NCBI RefSeq assembly: GCF_964194155.1
Contig: NC_135887.1
Location: forward strand, 24,056,001-24,120,000
Origin: Cetorhinus maximus
Taxonomy: Eukaryota
DNA: 64,000 bases
Direction: 5' to 3'
Part shown: one piece after another, positions 11,690-25,500 of the stretch
Layout of the letters: every line of letters begins with the position of its first letter
Numbering within the stretch: the stretch's first letter is position 1
Program-made: the position numbers and the translations under genes
The notes under the pieces: generated by a model
What the model saw: only the letters and a program-made list of their open reading frames with translations
Told to the model about the DNA's origin: nothing
The model's database searches: none

Positions 11690-12120
11690 ACGACACACTC
11701 AATTATTAGTTATAAAAATTGATTCCTGGGAGAGAGGGCTGACCTATGAGGCAATTTTCCCAAGGATTTTTGGTGTGAGGAGGTAGACGGAGCCAGAACA
11801 GCAGTAAGATGCCAAAGCTCCCCTTCAAGGATGTTTGCAAGTGTGGATATGAAGGTCCTTAACATCGATTCTCGTAGCCGGATGACACTAGCCAATGACA
11901 GAGGGAAATGATGACAGCACCTGTGGGCCGGTGTGTGCCGCCATGATGATCAGTGCCCATAGCGGCTTGAGAACAGGTGCCAACACCAAAAACAACAACC
12001 CACAACAAGTCTGAAAACCACTTCATGTGTGGCGCTTGTGGCAAAACCTGCCTCTCACGGTTTGGTCTCTTCAGCCATCAGCAAAAGTGCACGATATGAA
12101 GCTACCCCATTCCCAATGGA
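11690..12120 (+). mobile_element. Old RTE-like LINE 3' fragment
   Basis: Decayed ...PKLPFKDVCK...CGACGKTCLSRFGLFSH pattern. Confidence 0.55.
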
Positions 12121-12714
12121 TGAATGAATGGCCTCCTCATGCTTCTATTTCTTGTGTTTTCAAATATTGAAGGTGGGAAGAAGTATCAGTTGGGGGTGAG
12201 AGGTCATGTGATGAAACCTCCAGGAATACGTCCAGTCACAGTTGCCGACCCTACCCTAAGGCAGTACTTTGGTGGGCTAGATGGGCTGAAGAACCTGTCC
12301 CATCTGAAACTGTTGATATGCAACTGTGGAATAAGCCAAGGATTCTTCAGCAGAGAAGAGAAATCAACTTTCAAACCACAATTCGTGAATAAGATCAGCC
12401 ACTTTTCAAAGTTGAAAATGATTTAAATCTACCACAGGAGAAATAGAGAAGGATACATGTCTTAGAGGATGTACTGATTGGACACAAACAAAACAGTAAA
12501 TTGATTGGCAACATTAAGGCCACTTTTATTTTTCCTGTATTTGATAATTGTTTTTTGTTTTGTGAAGTTGAGCTGCTTAAACAGTGGGGGCCAATTCTAG
12601 ACTCGGTTCCAATCTGACAATAACTACACATTGGGGGGGGTAACAGAATTGGGATATTGGATGGTGATCAGTCCAACCAAGTCACTTCGTTAAACTTCAT
12701 TCAGCACTGGGCAA

Positions 12715-13150
12715 TAATAACTTGCATTTATATAGCGCCTTTAACATATTTATTATTTAGCAAATGCAAATCCCTGAAGCCAGACGCGGGCCTTGACCTG
12801 TCCTTTAACATAGTAAAACATTCCAACACAGTTCACAGGAGTGTTATCAAACAAAACCTGACACCAAGTCACGTAGGGAATAATAGGCCAGGAGACTCTT
12901 GGCTTGGTCAAAGAGGGAGGTTTTAACTAGTGTCTTAAAGTAGGAGAGAGAGAGAGAGAGATAGGGAAATTTAGAGAGGGAATTTCAGGGCCCAGGAGCT
13001 AAAGGCACAGCCACCAATGGTGGAGCGATGGAAATCAAGGATGCTCAAGAGACCAAAAGCGGAGGAGCACAGAGATCTCAGAGTGTTGTAGGGTTGAAGG
13101 AGGTTACAGTGATAGGGAGGGACAAAGCCATGGAGGAATAGAAAACGAGG
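12715..13150 (-). mobile_element. L2-like LINE 3' fragment
   Basis: Reverse of the gcgctatataaatgcaag tail; related copies near 22755-22935, 28090-28385 and 39270-39790. Confidence 0.6.
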
Positions 13151-13382
13151 AACACAACTACAGGATACTGCAATCATGGATAAGCTAATCTTTTAATCAG
13201 CACACCCCTATTTCTGCACATTAAATTGGTGTTTTCCTCACAAGTCATACTTGGTTCAATCACATTCCTTTGGAATTTGAACATGCATCATTAGCTGATT
13301 CAGTCACAGCCTCAAATCCTCAACTTTCCTCTTTGTCACTTCAATAACCTCTAACTTCCACATGACATGACAGTGCATGGCC

Positions 13383-13511
13383 TCAGCCTGTCCGGGTGAC
13401 ATTAGCCCACTCGGGGAAGGTGTTGAGTTTGAACATTGCATAACCCCAGGTGTTGATGGCGAGAGTAACGCTGGCCACTCCGAGTATATTGAGCACCCAT
13501 CCAGACCTGAC
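13383..13511 (-). CDS. SLC13A5: SLC13A5 exon 12 (terminal coding exon)
   Basis: cag| [45 protein letters not shown]; C-terminal NVT glycosylation sequon. Confidence 0.95.
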   Translation of the reverse strand, partial: VRSGWVLNILGVASVTLAINTWGYAMFKLNTFPEWANVTRTG

Positions 13512-16500
13512 CTGCAGAATGATAGAACGTAGATTCAGTCAAATCAGATTAAAATCTGCCCTCTCAGAAGCTGAATGTTTAGCAGATACATTCCTGATGT
13601 TGTGAAGCATTGAGGTGATTGGTATCAATACAAGCCCTGGAGCCCAACAGAAGATAACATTGCATATACATAGAAACAAAACAGGAGGTCATGCAGCCCC
13701 TCACAATATTACATAGGAACAGGAGGAGGCCCATTAGGCCCCTCAAGCCTGTTCCACAAGAGCAGGAGGAGGCCCATTCAGCAGTGCCTGGGAGAAGGGG
13801 GGGTGCACAAGGTGTAAAACACTGGGGGCCTAGGGGTCCCACGTTCAACTGGCAGCATTTGCCTTTACCAACTCCACCGCCCCCCCCTCCATCTAAAGTG
13901 GCAGCCTCACGCCCTTTGTTACATTGACTCCTCCGAATCTGAAATGGCCACAGAGCGAGCTGCTCCAGGACAAAGTTCCAGCACTCGAGATCCGATTGTC
14001 CTGAAGCGAGAGCCCAGGTCCGTGCGGCCATCTGTTTCGACAAGGTGCATCCGGGGTGGTGTATTCCGCCCTTGGCTGCGCTCTCGCCCTCCTGCTCAGG
14101 CGCTGGTCCACTCAAGGACTGCAGGATCCAAAGTGCACCGTGAAGGCACTCGATGGATGCTGTCGCTGCATAAACAGAGAGAGAGGGAGCATTGAAAATT
14201 AGCCAACTGTCTGCAGTGTCTTAATGTGGGAGAATTCATTCGAAACAAGGACAAATGTGTTCTTGGGGAAAGACATGGAAATTAATTGCTAGAATGAAGT
14301 GAAGGCAAGGCAGTGACCTTTAGGCGGTGTGGATAACGTGGGAAACTATGAGTGTAATGTAAAAACAGTATACAAACATCAAAATCCTGTAACCATTAAT
14401 GCATTGAAATTTCCACAGGGTGAAACTGGAGTTTCAGTGCTGTCCAGAATTCAACTTTTTATTCAGCTTCAGGTCTATATTTTGCTAAAAGCTGCTTAAG
14501 GTTGTTGGTGTTGCTTTTCTTTTGAATAAAACCAATTAAACTAAATTAGGAAAACAAGGGACAAGGTTGGTGTTGCTATTTAATGATGATCAACTAATGG
14601 TTAAGATGCACTTATCCTATCTCAATCAGCTCTTAACTACCATGGGGACAATTCAACCAGAGGGTAGTAACTGGGTATTTTCTGCTAGTTAAAATTATAA
14701 TCAGCAACAAAAATTGATTTTCATTCATTATCTTTGAATTCATTCCACATTTTGAATTATTTAATTTAAAAAATATATATAACAGGAAGAATTAGGACAT
14801 GGGAACATAGGAACAGGAGTAGAGTAGGCTATTCGGCCCTTTACGCCAGCTCCACCATTCCATAAAGTCATGGCTGATGTGGCTGTGGTCTCAACTCCAC
14901 TTTCCTCTCGGCCCCCCACAACCCTTGACTCCCTTGTCTATCAAAAATCTATTTTACAGCTCCTCATTTTAAACTAAAATAGAAAGGCAACCACTTATTC
15001 TCTGTCAGGCTATGATATTCAATGTACTTGTACTCAGCATTGGAGTCAGTGTGTGCAGCTATCTTTGGTCCTATCCACAGCTATTTGCTATTGCTGGTCA
15101 TTTAAATCAATTTTAATGTTTGTCAAAATCACTTTTGACTATTTGTCACTTTTATTTGCTCCAACTGAAATATTTGAGAATTATTAACTACTCCTGATAC
15201 AGAAACAAACAATGCAGAGAAATCTCACCAGGACAGGCAACATCTGTGGAAAAGACAGAAGTTGACAAACTATGTTCAGACACTCAAACATTCCCTGTTC
15301 TGGGGAAGGGTCTATAAGGTTGACAGATTTCTGCACAGATCTTCTTGGCTTGCTGACAGTTGATTGGTTAATATAACAATTTCAAGCATGACAGTGAATT
15401 GTTAAGAAATATTAATTATAATGATATTACTGATTCGTGTGCAGCCATGAAAGCTAGAAAAGGCATTATACACTTAATTCACTTTTATTCCAATGCATAA
15501 TTTTTATCCTGGTGTCACTCCCATATTCTCAAATATTGAAAACTCATCTTTGTTTCAAATAAATTTTCCCAATTTCAGTTTGTCTCGTCATATATTTTTT
15601 ATTCTTTCACAGGATGTTGGCGTCGCTGGCTAGGCCAGCATTTAATCCCCATCCCCTAATTTCCCTTGAGAAAGGTGGTGGTGAGCTGCCTTCTTGAACT
15701 GCTGCAGTCCATGTGGCGTAGGTACACCCACAGTGCTGTTAGGGAGGGAGTTCCAGGATTTTGACCCAGCAACAGTGAAGGAACAACAATATAGTCCCAA
15801 GTCAGGATAGTGAGTGGCTTGGAGGAAGAATTTGCAGGTGTTAATGCTTACTCAAGTTTAGGCCAGTTTAAGTTTAAGATAATATCTATCAAAATATGCA
15901 GTGGTTCTAATACTGACTCCTGCGGAACACTGGTGTACACTTCCCTCCAGTCTGGCGTTCAACATTACCCTCTGCTTTCTGTTTAGCCCAATTTTAGCCA
16001 TTTATCCACACAACCACTGCCCCTTTAACACCACGGGCTTTAACTTTGAAACAAGCCTATTATATGGAACTTTCTCAAACATCTTTTGAAAGCCTATATA
16101 CACAGCATCAGCCACACTACCGAAACATCCCTTTCAGTTCAGCAAAGAACTCAATTTATTCAAATACAATTTGCCTTTAACAAATGCATGCTGACTTTCA
16201 TTAATGAACTCATACTATCCTAGGGCCTATTAATTTTGTCCAAGATTATTGGTCAATCTGTACCTCAACCGCATTTACCTGCCTTATCTCCATGTCCCTA
16301 AAGACTCTTAACCCAACAGAAACCTATCAACCACAGCACTGAAAATTTCAGTCAATCCTCAGTATCTATATTCCACATTTCCATTACCCTTATGTGACAA
16401 AGTGCTTGCTGATTTCACTCCTGAACAGCTTGGCTTTAATTTTAAGATTCTGTCCCCATGTTCTGGACATCCCCCACCGCCCAGCACCCCTGGCCCGTCA

Positions 16501-19500
16501 CCTGAAGAAATGGTTTCTCTGCATCTCCCCTCCCTTTATCATTTTAAGAATTTCATTCCCCATCCTGCCCATGGGCTCTGATGGTGATCTTTCTTACACT
16601 TTTGGACAAGTTTGGCAAATCCAATCCGGCATTGGGCAACTTTCAGAAGGAATGGTTCACCAGAAACCTGGGCCAGGGCTTTGAAATGACAAATTCATCC
16701 AGCCATTCCCAAAGGTACTGACTCCATGGGCATCAGCAACCTTTCCACTACCTCACCCAATGGACATTCTTTGATCATGTGAGTTAGGAAGGGTTATTTC
16801 CCATCACTGGGGAGTCAGTAACAAGGGGCCATCAAATAAAAATACTCACTCAAAGAGTAAGATGAGGGATTAACTTGAATTTCTTTGCATTTTTGGAGCA
16901 TGGGATGTTTGGGTACGTCAGAGACCATTACATCTTATAAAAAATGGTTAAATATATCTGAAGTACAAAAAGAAAGACTATGGGATTCATTTTGAATTGT
17001 TTTGGTAAAGGGCCAGTACAGAAAGGATGTGCCAAATGGCTTCCTCCTGCCCTATAAATGTCTCTGGTTGCCCATTGAGCAGCCCAATCAGCCAGTGTGG
17101 CTGAACACAGTTGAAAGATTGTCTCTGTTCACATAAACATTCAGGGGTTTGGAGTAAACCGTACAATGTAAGGTAGCAGCTTTACAGTACGAAAGGAGCA
17201 AATGTTCCCAGTGGCCATCAGGCTGAACAGTGAAACCTCAAGTTTCTTCTCTACGTACTTAACAGGACATAAGAAATAGTAGCAGGAGTAGGCCATTTGG
17301 CCTCTCCAACCTGTTTCCCATTCAATTCGATCGTGGTTTATCAGATTGTGGCCTCAACTCCGATTTCCTGCCTGACCCCGCCCCCATAACCCTTGACTCC
17401 CTTGTCAATCAAAATCACTTACCATATCAATGACCCTGAGGTGGCCATAGGAGAACACAATGGCATTGGGGGGAGTGGCAACAGGCAGCATGAAGGCAAA
17501 AGAGGTGCTTAAAGTGGTTGGAATCATCACGTACAGCGGATTCATATGGATCATGGTAGCCTGGGTTGGAAAGAAGAGAAATGAGTTAGCAAGAGGGGGG
17601 TGACATCTCAGATCGGTATTGGTTGGTTGGGATTAGCAGCTGCAGCAATGTTGCTTAATGTAACATAATCTAACCTAGTTACATCGGGGTAATTATTGAA
17701 TCCTGGGAGTTAATGCTTAACTTGTGCAATCTTCAATGTATTGGGTGAAGCCTGGTCCAAAACATTGAACCCAACAAATGAAAAGCAAAGTGAGCAGCAG
17801 AATTTGGGAGTGTGATTCAGTGCACATGTGTTCTTAATGCACAGAGCCTCACTATAACAGCTGAGACATTAACCTGAGTCTTCATTTGCTCTGTCAGGTA
17901 GATGTAAGAGATCCCACAAGTGCACTATTTTGAAGAGGAACAGAGCAGTTAATCTCAGTGTCCTGGCCAATATTGATCCCTCCACCAATGTCAGGAAAAA
18001 ACGATGATCTGGTCATTTATTCTGTTGCTGTTTCTGGGAACTTGCTGTGTACAAATTGGCTGCTGTGTTTCCCACATTATACACCGCAACCACATTTCAA
18101 AAGTATTTCATTGGCTCTGATTTGCTTTGGGACGTCCTGAGGCTGTGAGGAACTATAGAAATGCCAATCTTTTAATCTTGTATTTATGTAGCACCTAATC
18201 AAAGGGTCTCAGGAACAGTGAGCTACTTGGAGATGCAGTGACTGTTCTTATGGAAGTAACCACAGCTGCTATTTTATGTACAAGTTCCCACAAATGCCGA
18301 TGAGATGAATGCTCCAGTTTATCTGATTTGTGGAGTTTCAAATTCAGGGAGGAATTGTGGCTGGGTGACAAACCAAAAGCTTCATATCTCCCTTTAAAGG
18401 GAGCCAGTTGTATTTTTAGGTATCTGCTAGTCTGCACCTCAGCTTCATCCAAAGGGAGATATTTAAGGTTTTATTCATGGCTTTAAATTGAGGATTTCTT
18501 TTTACAAAACATTCGTTCATGGGATGTGGGCGTCACTGGCTGGGCCAGCGTTTATTGCCCATCCCTAATTACCTAGTTCCTAGTTCCAGGATTTTGACAA
18601 AAATGAACTCCTTTCCAAACAGCACTGTGGATGTACCTACACCACATGGACTCCAGCGGCTCAAGAAAGCAGCTCATCACCACCTTCTCAAGGGTAATTA
18701 GGAGGAGAGGAAACTCTCACCCCACCCCCTCCCCATTTCATCCTCAATAACACACAGTAACATGAAGAAGGCAAGGCGTACCATTGAAGCCAGGATAGGG
18801 AGGAAGAGTGTGGCTGTAGCTACGTTGCTGGTGCACTCTGTGACGATTGCCATCACCACACACAAGATAATAGCGATGGCCCAATGTGGGATTTTCTGTA
18901 GTGGAAGTAACTGATTCCCCAGCCATTTGGATAGACCAGACACCTGGAAAAAAAAGGGTGAAGGTTTTATCTCTGACAGTGTTTTTGTTAAATGTCCAGT
19001 CCATAAGTGTGATCTTGGGCTTCTGGTCACTTGCCAGTCCAATTCTCCATCCCACCCCCAAGCTCAAAGTACAAAGCCTTCACTTTGCACTGACCAGTCA
19101 CTATTGCAGGGTATACACACAGCTCCCCAACTCGACTGTCAGAAATTGGAGGTTGAATTATGACTTGTACTTTCTTGAGTTTAGGAGATTGAAGGATGGT
19201 CTGAGCGAGGGGTTTAAAATCAAAGAGAATCAATAGATGAAGAGAAAATATTTCCCCTGGTGGGGATAGTGCAAAACAAGGGAGCAGAATGTTAAAATTC
19301 AAGCCAGGCCATTCAGGAGTGATGTCAGGAAGCACTTCTTCATGCAGAGGGGGGTGGAAATCTGGAACACTGTCCTCCCAAAAAAGCTGTTGAAATTGGG
19401 GTGATCAGTGGAATTTCCACATGATGGCGGATGGTGACAGAACCATTTTACGCAGCGAGTTGTTGTGTTCTGGAATGTGCTGCCTGAAAGGATGGTGGAA

Positions 19501-22500
19501 GCAGATTCAATAATAACTTTCAAAAGGGAATTGGATAAATACTGGAAAAGAAAACATTTGCAGGCTTATCGGGTAAGAGCAGGCAGGAATTGGAACTAAT
19601 TGGATAGCTCTTTCAATGAACCAGCACAGGCATACTGGGCTGAATGGCCTCCTGTGTTATGTGATTCTATGAAATCAGACACATCATCAATCTGAGGTTG
19701 CTTAGTTTTATCTGTAAGGGCAAAGTCCCAAAATAGTCCAGATTGCACTCGATTGAACTGGTCATGAACGTGGTCAGTTCAGCCACACTATCGACTTCTC
19801 TGTTTACCCCTGGGTTTCTAGATTCCTGACAGAGGAAAGTTATAAAAGGTGCTTACCTCACAGCCCTTAGCCAATGCAAAACCTCCTCCCACCAATAACA
19901 CCACATTCCAGGGCATCTTATGTTGGACGGTATTCCAGTCGAGGAGTTTCTTCATCTGCTTCTTGCCTGGCCAGCATTTTAGAAAGAAACAATCTCAATG
20001 TCATTTTCTTCCTACCCAATCATTTCTGCACAGCAATTGGCTAGAATGCATTGACATAGGATCGGGAAATGTGTGGACCAGATAGAGTCCTTTCACCTCA
20101 ACAATGTGGGTTCAAATGCAGCCCAGGGATGTCAACCAGAACCTATTGGCTGTGGAAGTGTGAAGTTAATTTGTGCAGTTATAGTCGAGCCCCTAAAGGG
20201 CCATGGCACAGAACTGCCTGTAATTCCAACTCAGAATGGCCACCCACACTGGCATTGTAGCAGCTGGTACTCTAAGATTGTGATAGAGATGCCTTGTTGG
20301 GGACAGTGTAGAAGGAGCTTTACTCTGTATCTGACCCCGTGCTGTACCTGTCCTGGGAGTGTTTGATGGGGACAGTGTAGAGGGAGCTTTACTCTGTATC
20401 TATCACTGTGCTGTACCTGTCCTGGGAGTGTTTGATAGGAACAGAGTAGAGGGAGCTTTACTCTGTATCTAACCCCATGCTGTACCTGTCCTGGGAGTGT
20501 TTGATGGGGACAGCGTAGAGGGAGCCTTACTCTGTATCTAACCCTGTGCTGTACCTGTCCTGGGAGTGTTTGATGGGGACAGTGTAGAGGGAGCTTTACT
20601 CTGTATCTAACCCCGTGCTGTACCTGCCCTGGGAGTGTTTGATGGGCACAGTGTAGAGGGAGATTTACTCTGTATCTAACCCCGTGCTGTACCTGTCCTG
20701 GGAGTGTTTGATGGGGACAGCGTAGAGTGAGCTTTACTCTGTATCTAACCCCGTGCTGTACCTGTCCTGGGAGTGTTTGATGGGGACAGCGTAGAGTGAG
20801 CTTTACTCTGTATCTAACCCCGTGCTGTACCTGCCCTGGGAGTGTTTGATGGGGACAGCGTAGAGTGAGCTTTACTCTGTATCTAACCCCGTGCTGTACC
20901 TGCCCTGGGAGTGTTTGATGGGGACAGTGTAGAGGGAGCTTTACTCTGTATCTAACCCCGTGCTGTACCTGCCCTGGGAGTGTTTGATGGGGACAGCGTA
21001 GAGTGAGCTTTACTCTGTATCTAACCTCGTGCTGTACCTGTCCTGTTCTCTTTCGAGCTCTCCAGGACCCGATTCCAGGGTTTAAAGTTTGGCTTCTGCG
21101 ATGGAATTATGAACATGAGGAAGGCGATGAAGAGTGCGACAGTGGCATCAGAGACATATCTGAAATGAGGAAGAATTGGTTAGGGTCAAGTGTTAGCCTA
21201 GAACAGACACTCTCCCCAACCCCAGCACTGTCATACTGCACTAGATTTAAAAAGAACATGGGAACAGGAGGAGGCCGTTCAGTCCCTTGAGCTTGTTCTA
21301 ACATTCACTAAGATCATGGCTAATCTGTGATCTAACCCCATATTCCTTACTATCTCTGGTTTACAAACATCTATTAATCTTGGATTTAACTTTAGATTAA
21401 TTAGATCAATTGCCATTCTCGAAAGAGTTTTCCATGGTGAGGATGGAGGGAGAGTGAAAGGTGGAGCGATAGTGGAGGGCGTATGGTGGGAGGGTGGAGA
21501 GAGGGTGGTGGATGGAGGAAGGGTGGAGGATGGAGGCAGGACGGAGGGTGGGTGCAGGTTGGAGGGAGGGTGGAGGGAAGGTGTTTGGAGGGAGGATGGA
21601 GAACGGAGGGAGGGTAGAGTGGAGAGAGGGTCGAGGGAGGTTGGATCATGTGTGGAGGATGGAGGGAGGGTGGAGGATGGAGGGAGGGAAGAGGAGGATG
21701 AAGGGAAGGTGGAGGATGGGATGTGGAGGGAATGTGGCGGATGGAGGGAGGGTGTGGAGTAGAGGGAGGAGGGGATGGAGGGTGGTGGAGTATGGAGATG
21801 GGTGCAGGGAGGGTGGAGGGTAGAGGTGGATAGAGGGAGGGTGGAGGTTGTAGGGAGGATGAAGGAGGATCAAGAGAAGGGGAATATTAAACCCCACCTG
21901 CAAGAGAAAGATCTACTCTGACATTGTCCTCCTCCAAAAAAGAATTTATACCAACAAGAACCCCAAGCCCAAGATGGGGAGAGATTCAGAATTTTTTATT
22001 AATTCACGGGATGTGGGCTTCGCTGGTTGGGCCAGCATTTATTGCCCATCCCTAATTGGCCTTGAGAAGGTGGTGGTGAGCTGCCTTCTTGAACCACTGC
22101 AGTCCCTTTGGTGTAGGTACACCCACAGTGCTGTTCGGGAGGGAGCTCCAGGATTTTGACCCAGCGACAGTGAAGGAACAGTGGCATGTTTCTAAGTTTT
22201 GCTCATGTGTTTATGAGTTCCCCCAGCATAGGACCAGGTAGTTTATCCTGCATTGTATCCATGTTACACCTGACTGCAGGATGCTCGATGTTGGCACTCT
22301 ATCTTGGCATTCGATGGGCCCTCTCAACCCACTCCGAGAACAAATGCAGAGAACTGATGGTAACCTTAGGCAACGGATTTGTTCCAGCTTTATTCTCTAA
22401 ATATGTTCTTGGCTGAATTTCCAATTGAACAATGAGCTGTGTGTTCCCCAGAAACTCCTCTGAAGCTGCTACAACTCTGAGTTCTCGAGTCTCTCCAATG

Positions 22501-25500
22501 GGCTCTGTACATTTCCAGGTTTCCAAATCTCCTGGTTTGTGCAGGAGCTGAATTATTGCCCTTTAAAGGCTCCTCTCTGATTATGGGTTCTGTACAGTCT
22601 GCTCAATTTGGAGACTGCCCCCCTCCCCCATCTAGGCCGTGTTCACAGGCTGGTGAGGGTTACAACCTAAGACTACTTGGATCAAGATTTAACATCTTCC
22701 TGTCCCCAACCTCCCTCCTCCCAATGCAACCACAAACTGCCATACATTCCTGTTGCTGTCCAACTCCATTTCTAGAATCCAGGCTAACTATTCGGCATCT
22801 TGTTCTGCCGATTTTAATCAGTCTACCATTGCCGGCCGTCCCTTCAGCTGCCTGGGCCCTAAGCTCTGGAATTCCCTCTCTAAACCTCTTCATCTCTCTC
22901 ACCCACTTAGAAATGTGTCTCAAAACCTACCTCTTGGGTGCCCTCCTCCAATAGAATGTTTTTCAGATAGTTTTTTAGAACAGTATGTTTTGGCACCAGC
23001 CAGTGAGTAGGCTATACTAGACCTGGTATTGACCAACGAGATAGTATTATTAACTGCTCATCTATTTTAATATCTCCTATGTGACCTTGCTATCCGGTGC
23101 AGACACAATGGGCCGAGTGGCCTCCTGCACCCTAACAGTTCTGTGATTCTGTCAAATTTGTTGGATAGCATTCCTGTGAAGCCCCTTGAGATGTTTTACG
23201 ATGTTTAATGCAATTATATCCTTTTTCAAAAAAGGAAACCAAAGCTGTGCACAGTACTCCAGATGTGGGGTGCGGTTTTCCGGCCCTGCCTGCTGCCGGG
23301 ATGGTCCAGACGCACCGAAAGTCAATGGACTTTGGGCCGCTGAATCTCCCACAGCAGGTTCTGCCACAACGGGCTGGAAATTCCCGGCCATGGTCTCACC
23401 AAGGCCCTGTACAGCTGCAGTAAAACTTTCCTACTTGTATATTCCATTCGTCTTGCAATAAATGCCAACGTTCCATTTGCCTTCCTAATCACATGTACCT
23501 GCATACTAACTTTTTGTGATTTGTGTACTAGGACACCCAGATCCCTCTGTACCTCAGAGTTCTGTAATCTCTCTCCATTTAAATAGTATAGAGCTTTTCA
23601 ATTCTTCCTGCCAAACCGCACAAGTTCACATTTTCCCAGTTTATACTCCAACTGTAAATTTGTGCCCGCTACTTAACCTGCCTAAGTCCCTTTGTAAATT
23701 CTTTACCTCCTTTGTACAACTTACTTTCCTATCTATGTTGGTGTCATCGATGTTATTCAGTACTGAGGGAATGCCGCATTGTCGGCGGGTCAGCAATGAG
23801 AGCATGCCGCACTGTCAGTACTGAGGGAGTGCTGCACTGTTGCAGGGTTAGTACTGAGGGAGTGCCGCACTGTCAGTATTGAGGGAGTGCTGCACTGTTG
23901 CAGGGTAAGTACTAAGGGAGTGCTGCACTGTCGGAGGGCCAGTACTGAGGGAGTGCTGCACTGTCGGAGGGCCAGTACTGAGGGAGTGCTGCACTGTCGG
24001 AGGGTCAGTACTGAGGGAGTGCTGCACTGTCGGAGGGTCAGTACTGAGGGAGTGCTGCACTGTCGGAGGGTCAGTACTGAGGGAGTGCTGCACAGTCAGA
24101 GGGTCAGGACTGAGGGAGTGCTGCACTGTCAGAGGGTCAGTACTGAGGGAGTGCTGCACAGTCAGTACTGAGGGAGTGCTGCACTGTCAGAGGGTCAGTA
24201 CTGAGGGAATGCTGCCCTGTCAGAGGGTCAGGACTGAGGGAGTGCTGCCCTGTCAGAGGGTCAGGACTGAGGGAATGCTGCCCTGTCAGAGGGTCAGGAC
24301 TGAGGGAGTGCTGCCCTGTCAGAGGGTCAGGACTGAGGGAGTGCTGCCCTGTCAGAGGGTCAGTACTGAGGGAGTGCCGCACTGTCAGAGGGTCAGGACT
24401 GAGGGAGTGCTGCACTGTCAGAGGGTCAGGACTGAGGGAGTGCTGCACTGTCGGAGGGTCAGTACTGAGGGAGTGCTGCACAGTCAGAGGGTCAGTACTG
24501 AGGGAGTGCTGCCATCTTTTGAATAATAAGTTAAACCAAATCTCCTGTCTACGTTCTTAACCGGAAGTAAAAGATCCCATGGCCACTATCGGAAGGAGAG
24601 CAGGGGGAGTTCCCCCCGTTGTCTTGGGCCAATATTTATTCCTGAACAGCCCACATTAAACCACATTGTCTGGGTCCTTATCATGTTTCTGATTGTGGGA
24701 TCTTGCCGTACAGAAATAGGCTGCCCTGTTTCCTACATTAAAATTGTGATTACACTTCCTAAGCGGGTGAAAGGCGCTATGTAAATGCAAGTCTTTGCTA
24801 AAAGCAGAGTGGATGTGTGGCTGCCCTGGCTCACTTTACAATCCAGCCTCGGGTTGTGTTACCCTGTCTTCAGTACTCACTCCTGGCCATTTTTGTCGAA
24901 GAGGACATTTCCCCAGCCTGGGACAAACCCGGGATCCCGGGTGAACCACAGCACCACTAACAAGATGAAGAGGACGAGGACAGCTTTCTCTGCAAAGCTC
25001 ATGCGGCCGAGCTTCTTGTACTCCTCTTGGATGACACCATAAGCTTTCTTCTCCTTCGACGAGACCGGAATTCCGAATCCCCACAACCTCCGAAAACTGT
25101 TAGCAAGACAAGGTCACTTTAGAAGCATTTTATCAGCTCTATCCCATTGAGATATCATTAGCATCTAAATGTGGATGGGGAAGGATTGAGGCCTCTGCAT
25201 GGGGCACAGTGTTGGACAGCAACGGACCTCAGCCCCAGACCCTAAGTATACTACATGGAGAATTATCACCTTCAACATTTGGACAGCAATCTGGTGGAAC
25301 TGATCTCTTCTCTCTTATACAGCTCTCTGCAGTACTAGATCCCCGTCTATTCGCAATTCCCCAATCCCGATCTCTGCAGGGACTCGGAGAGACTTGCAAT
25401 CAGAGGACTCTGTGTGGAGGAGAAAATCAGAGCTGAAGAGGCCAAAGGTTTCCTTGAGGATTCTCAGAGAAGTTTCCCACAGTTCTTATGGAGGCTGAAA

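Noticed and set aside
6952-13382. TXNDC17 or another human-synteny neighbour between MED31 and SLC13A5
   Set aside because: No WCPDC-type or other recognisable exon was found; the interval reads as UTR plus repeats.
20298-21045. CRISPR-like regular repeats (also 7346-7575, 23758-24512, 60369-60692)
   Set aside because: Head-to-tail tandem units with no unique spacers and no cas genes; eukaryotic intronic context.
21401-21903. Pro/His-rich and Gly/Glu-rich ORFs
   Set aside because: Products of a low-complexity purine tract.
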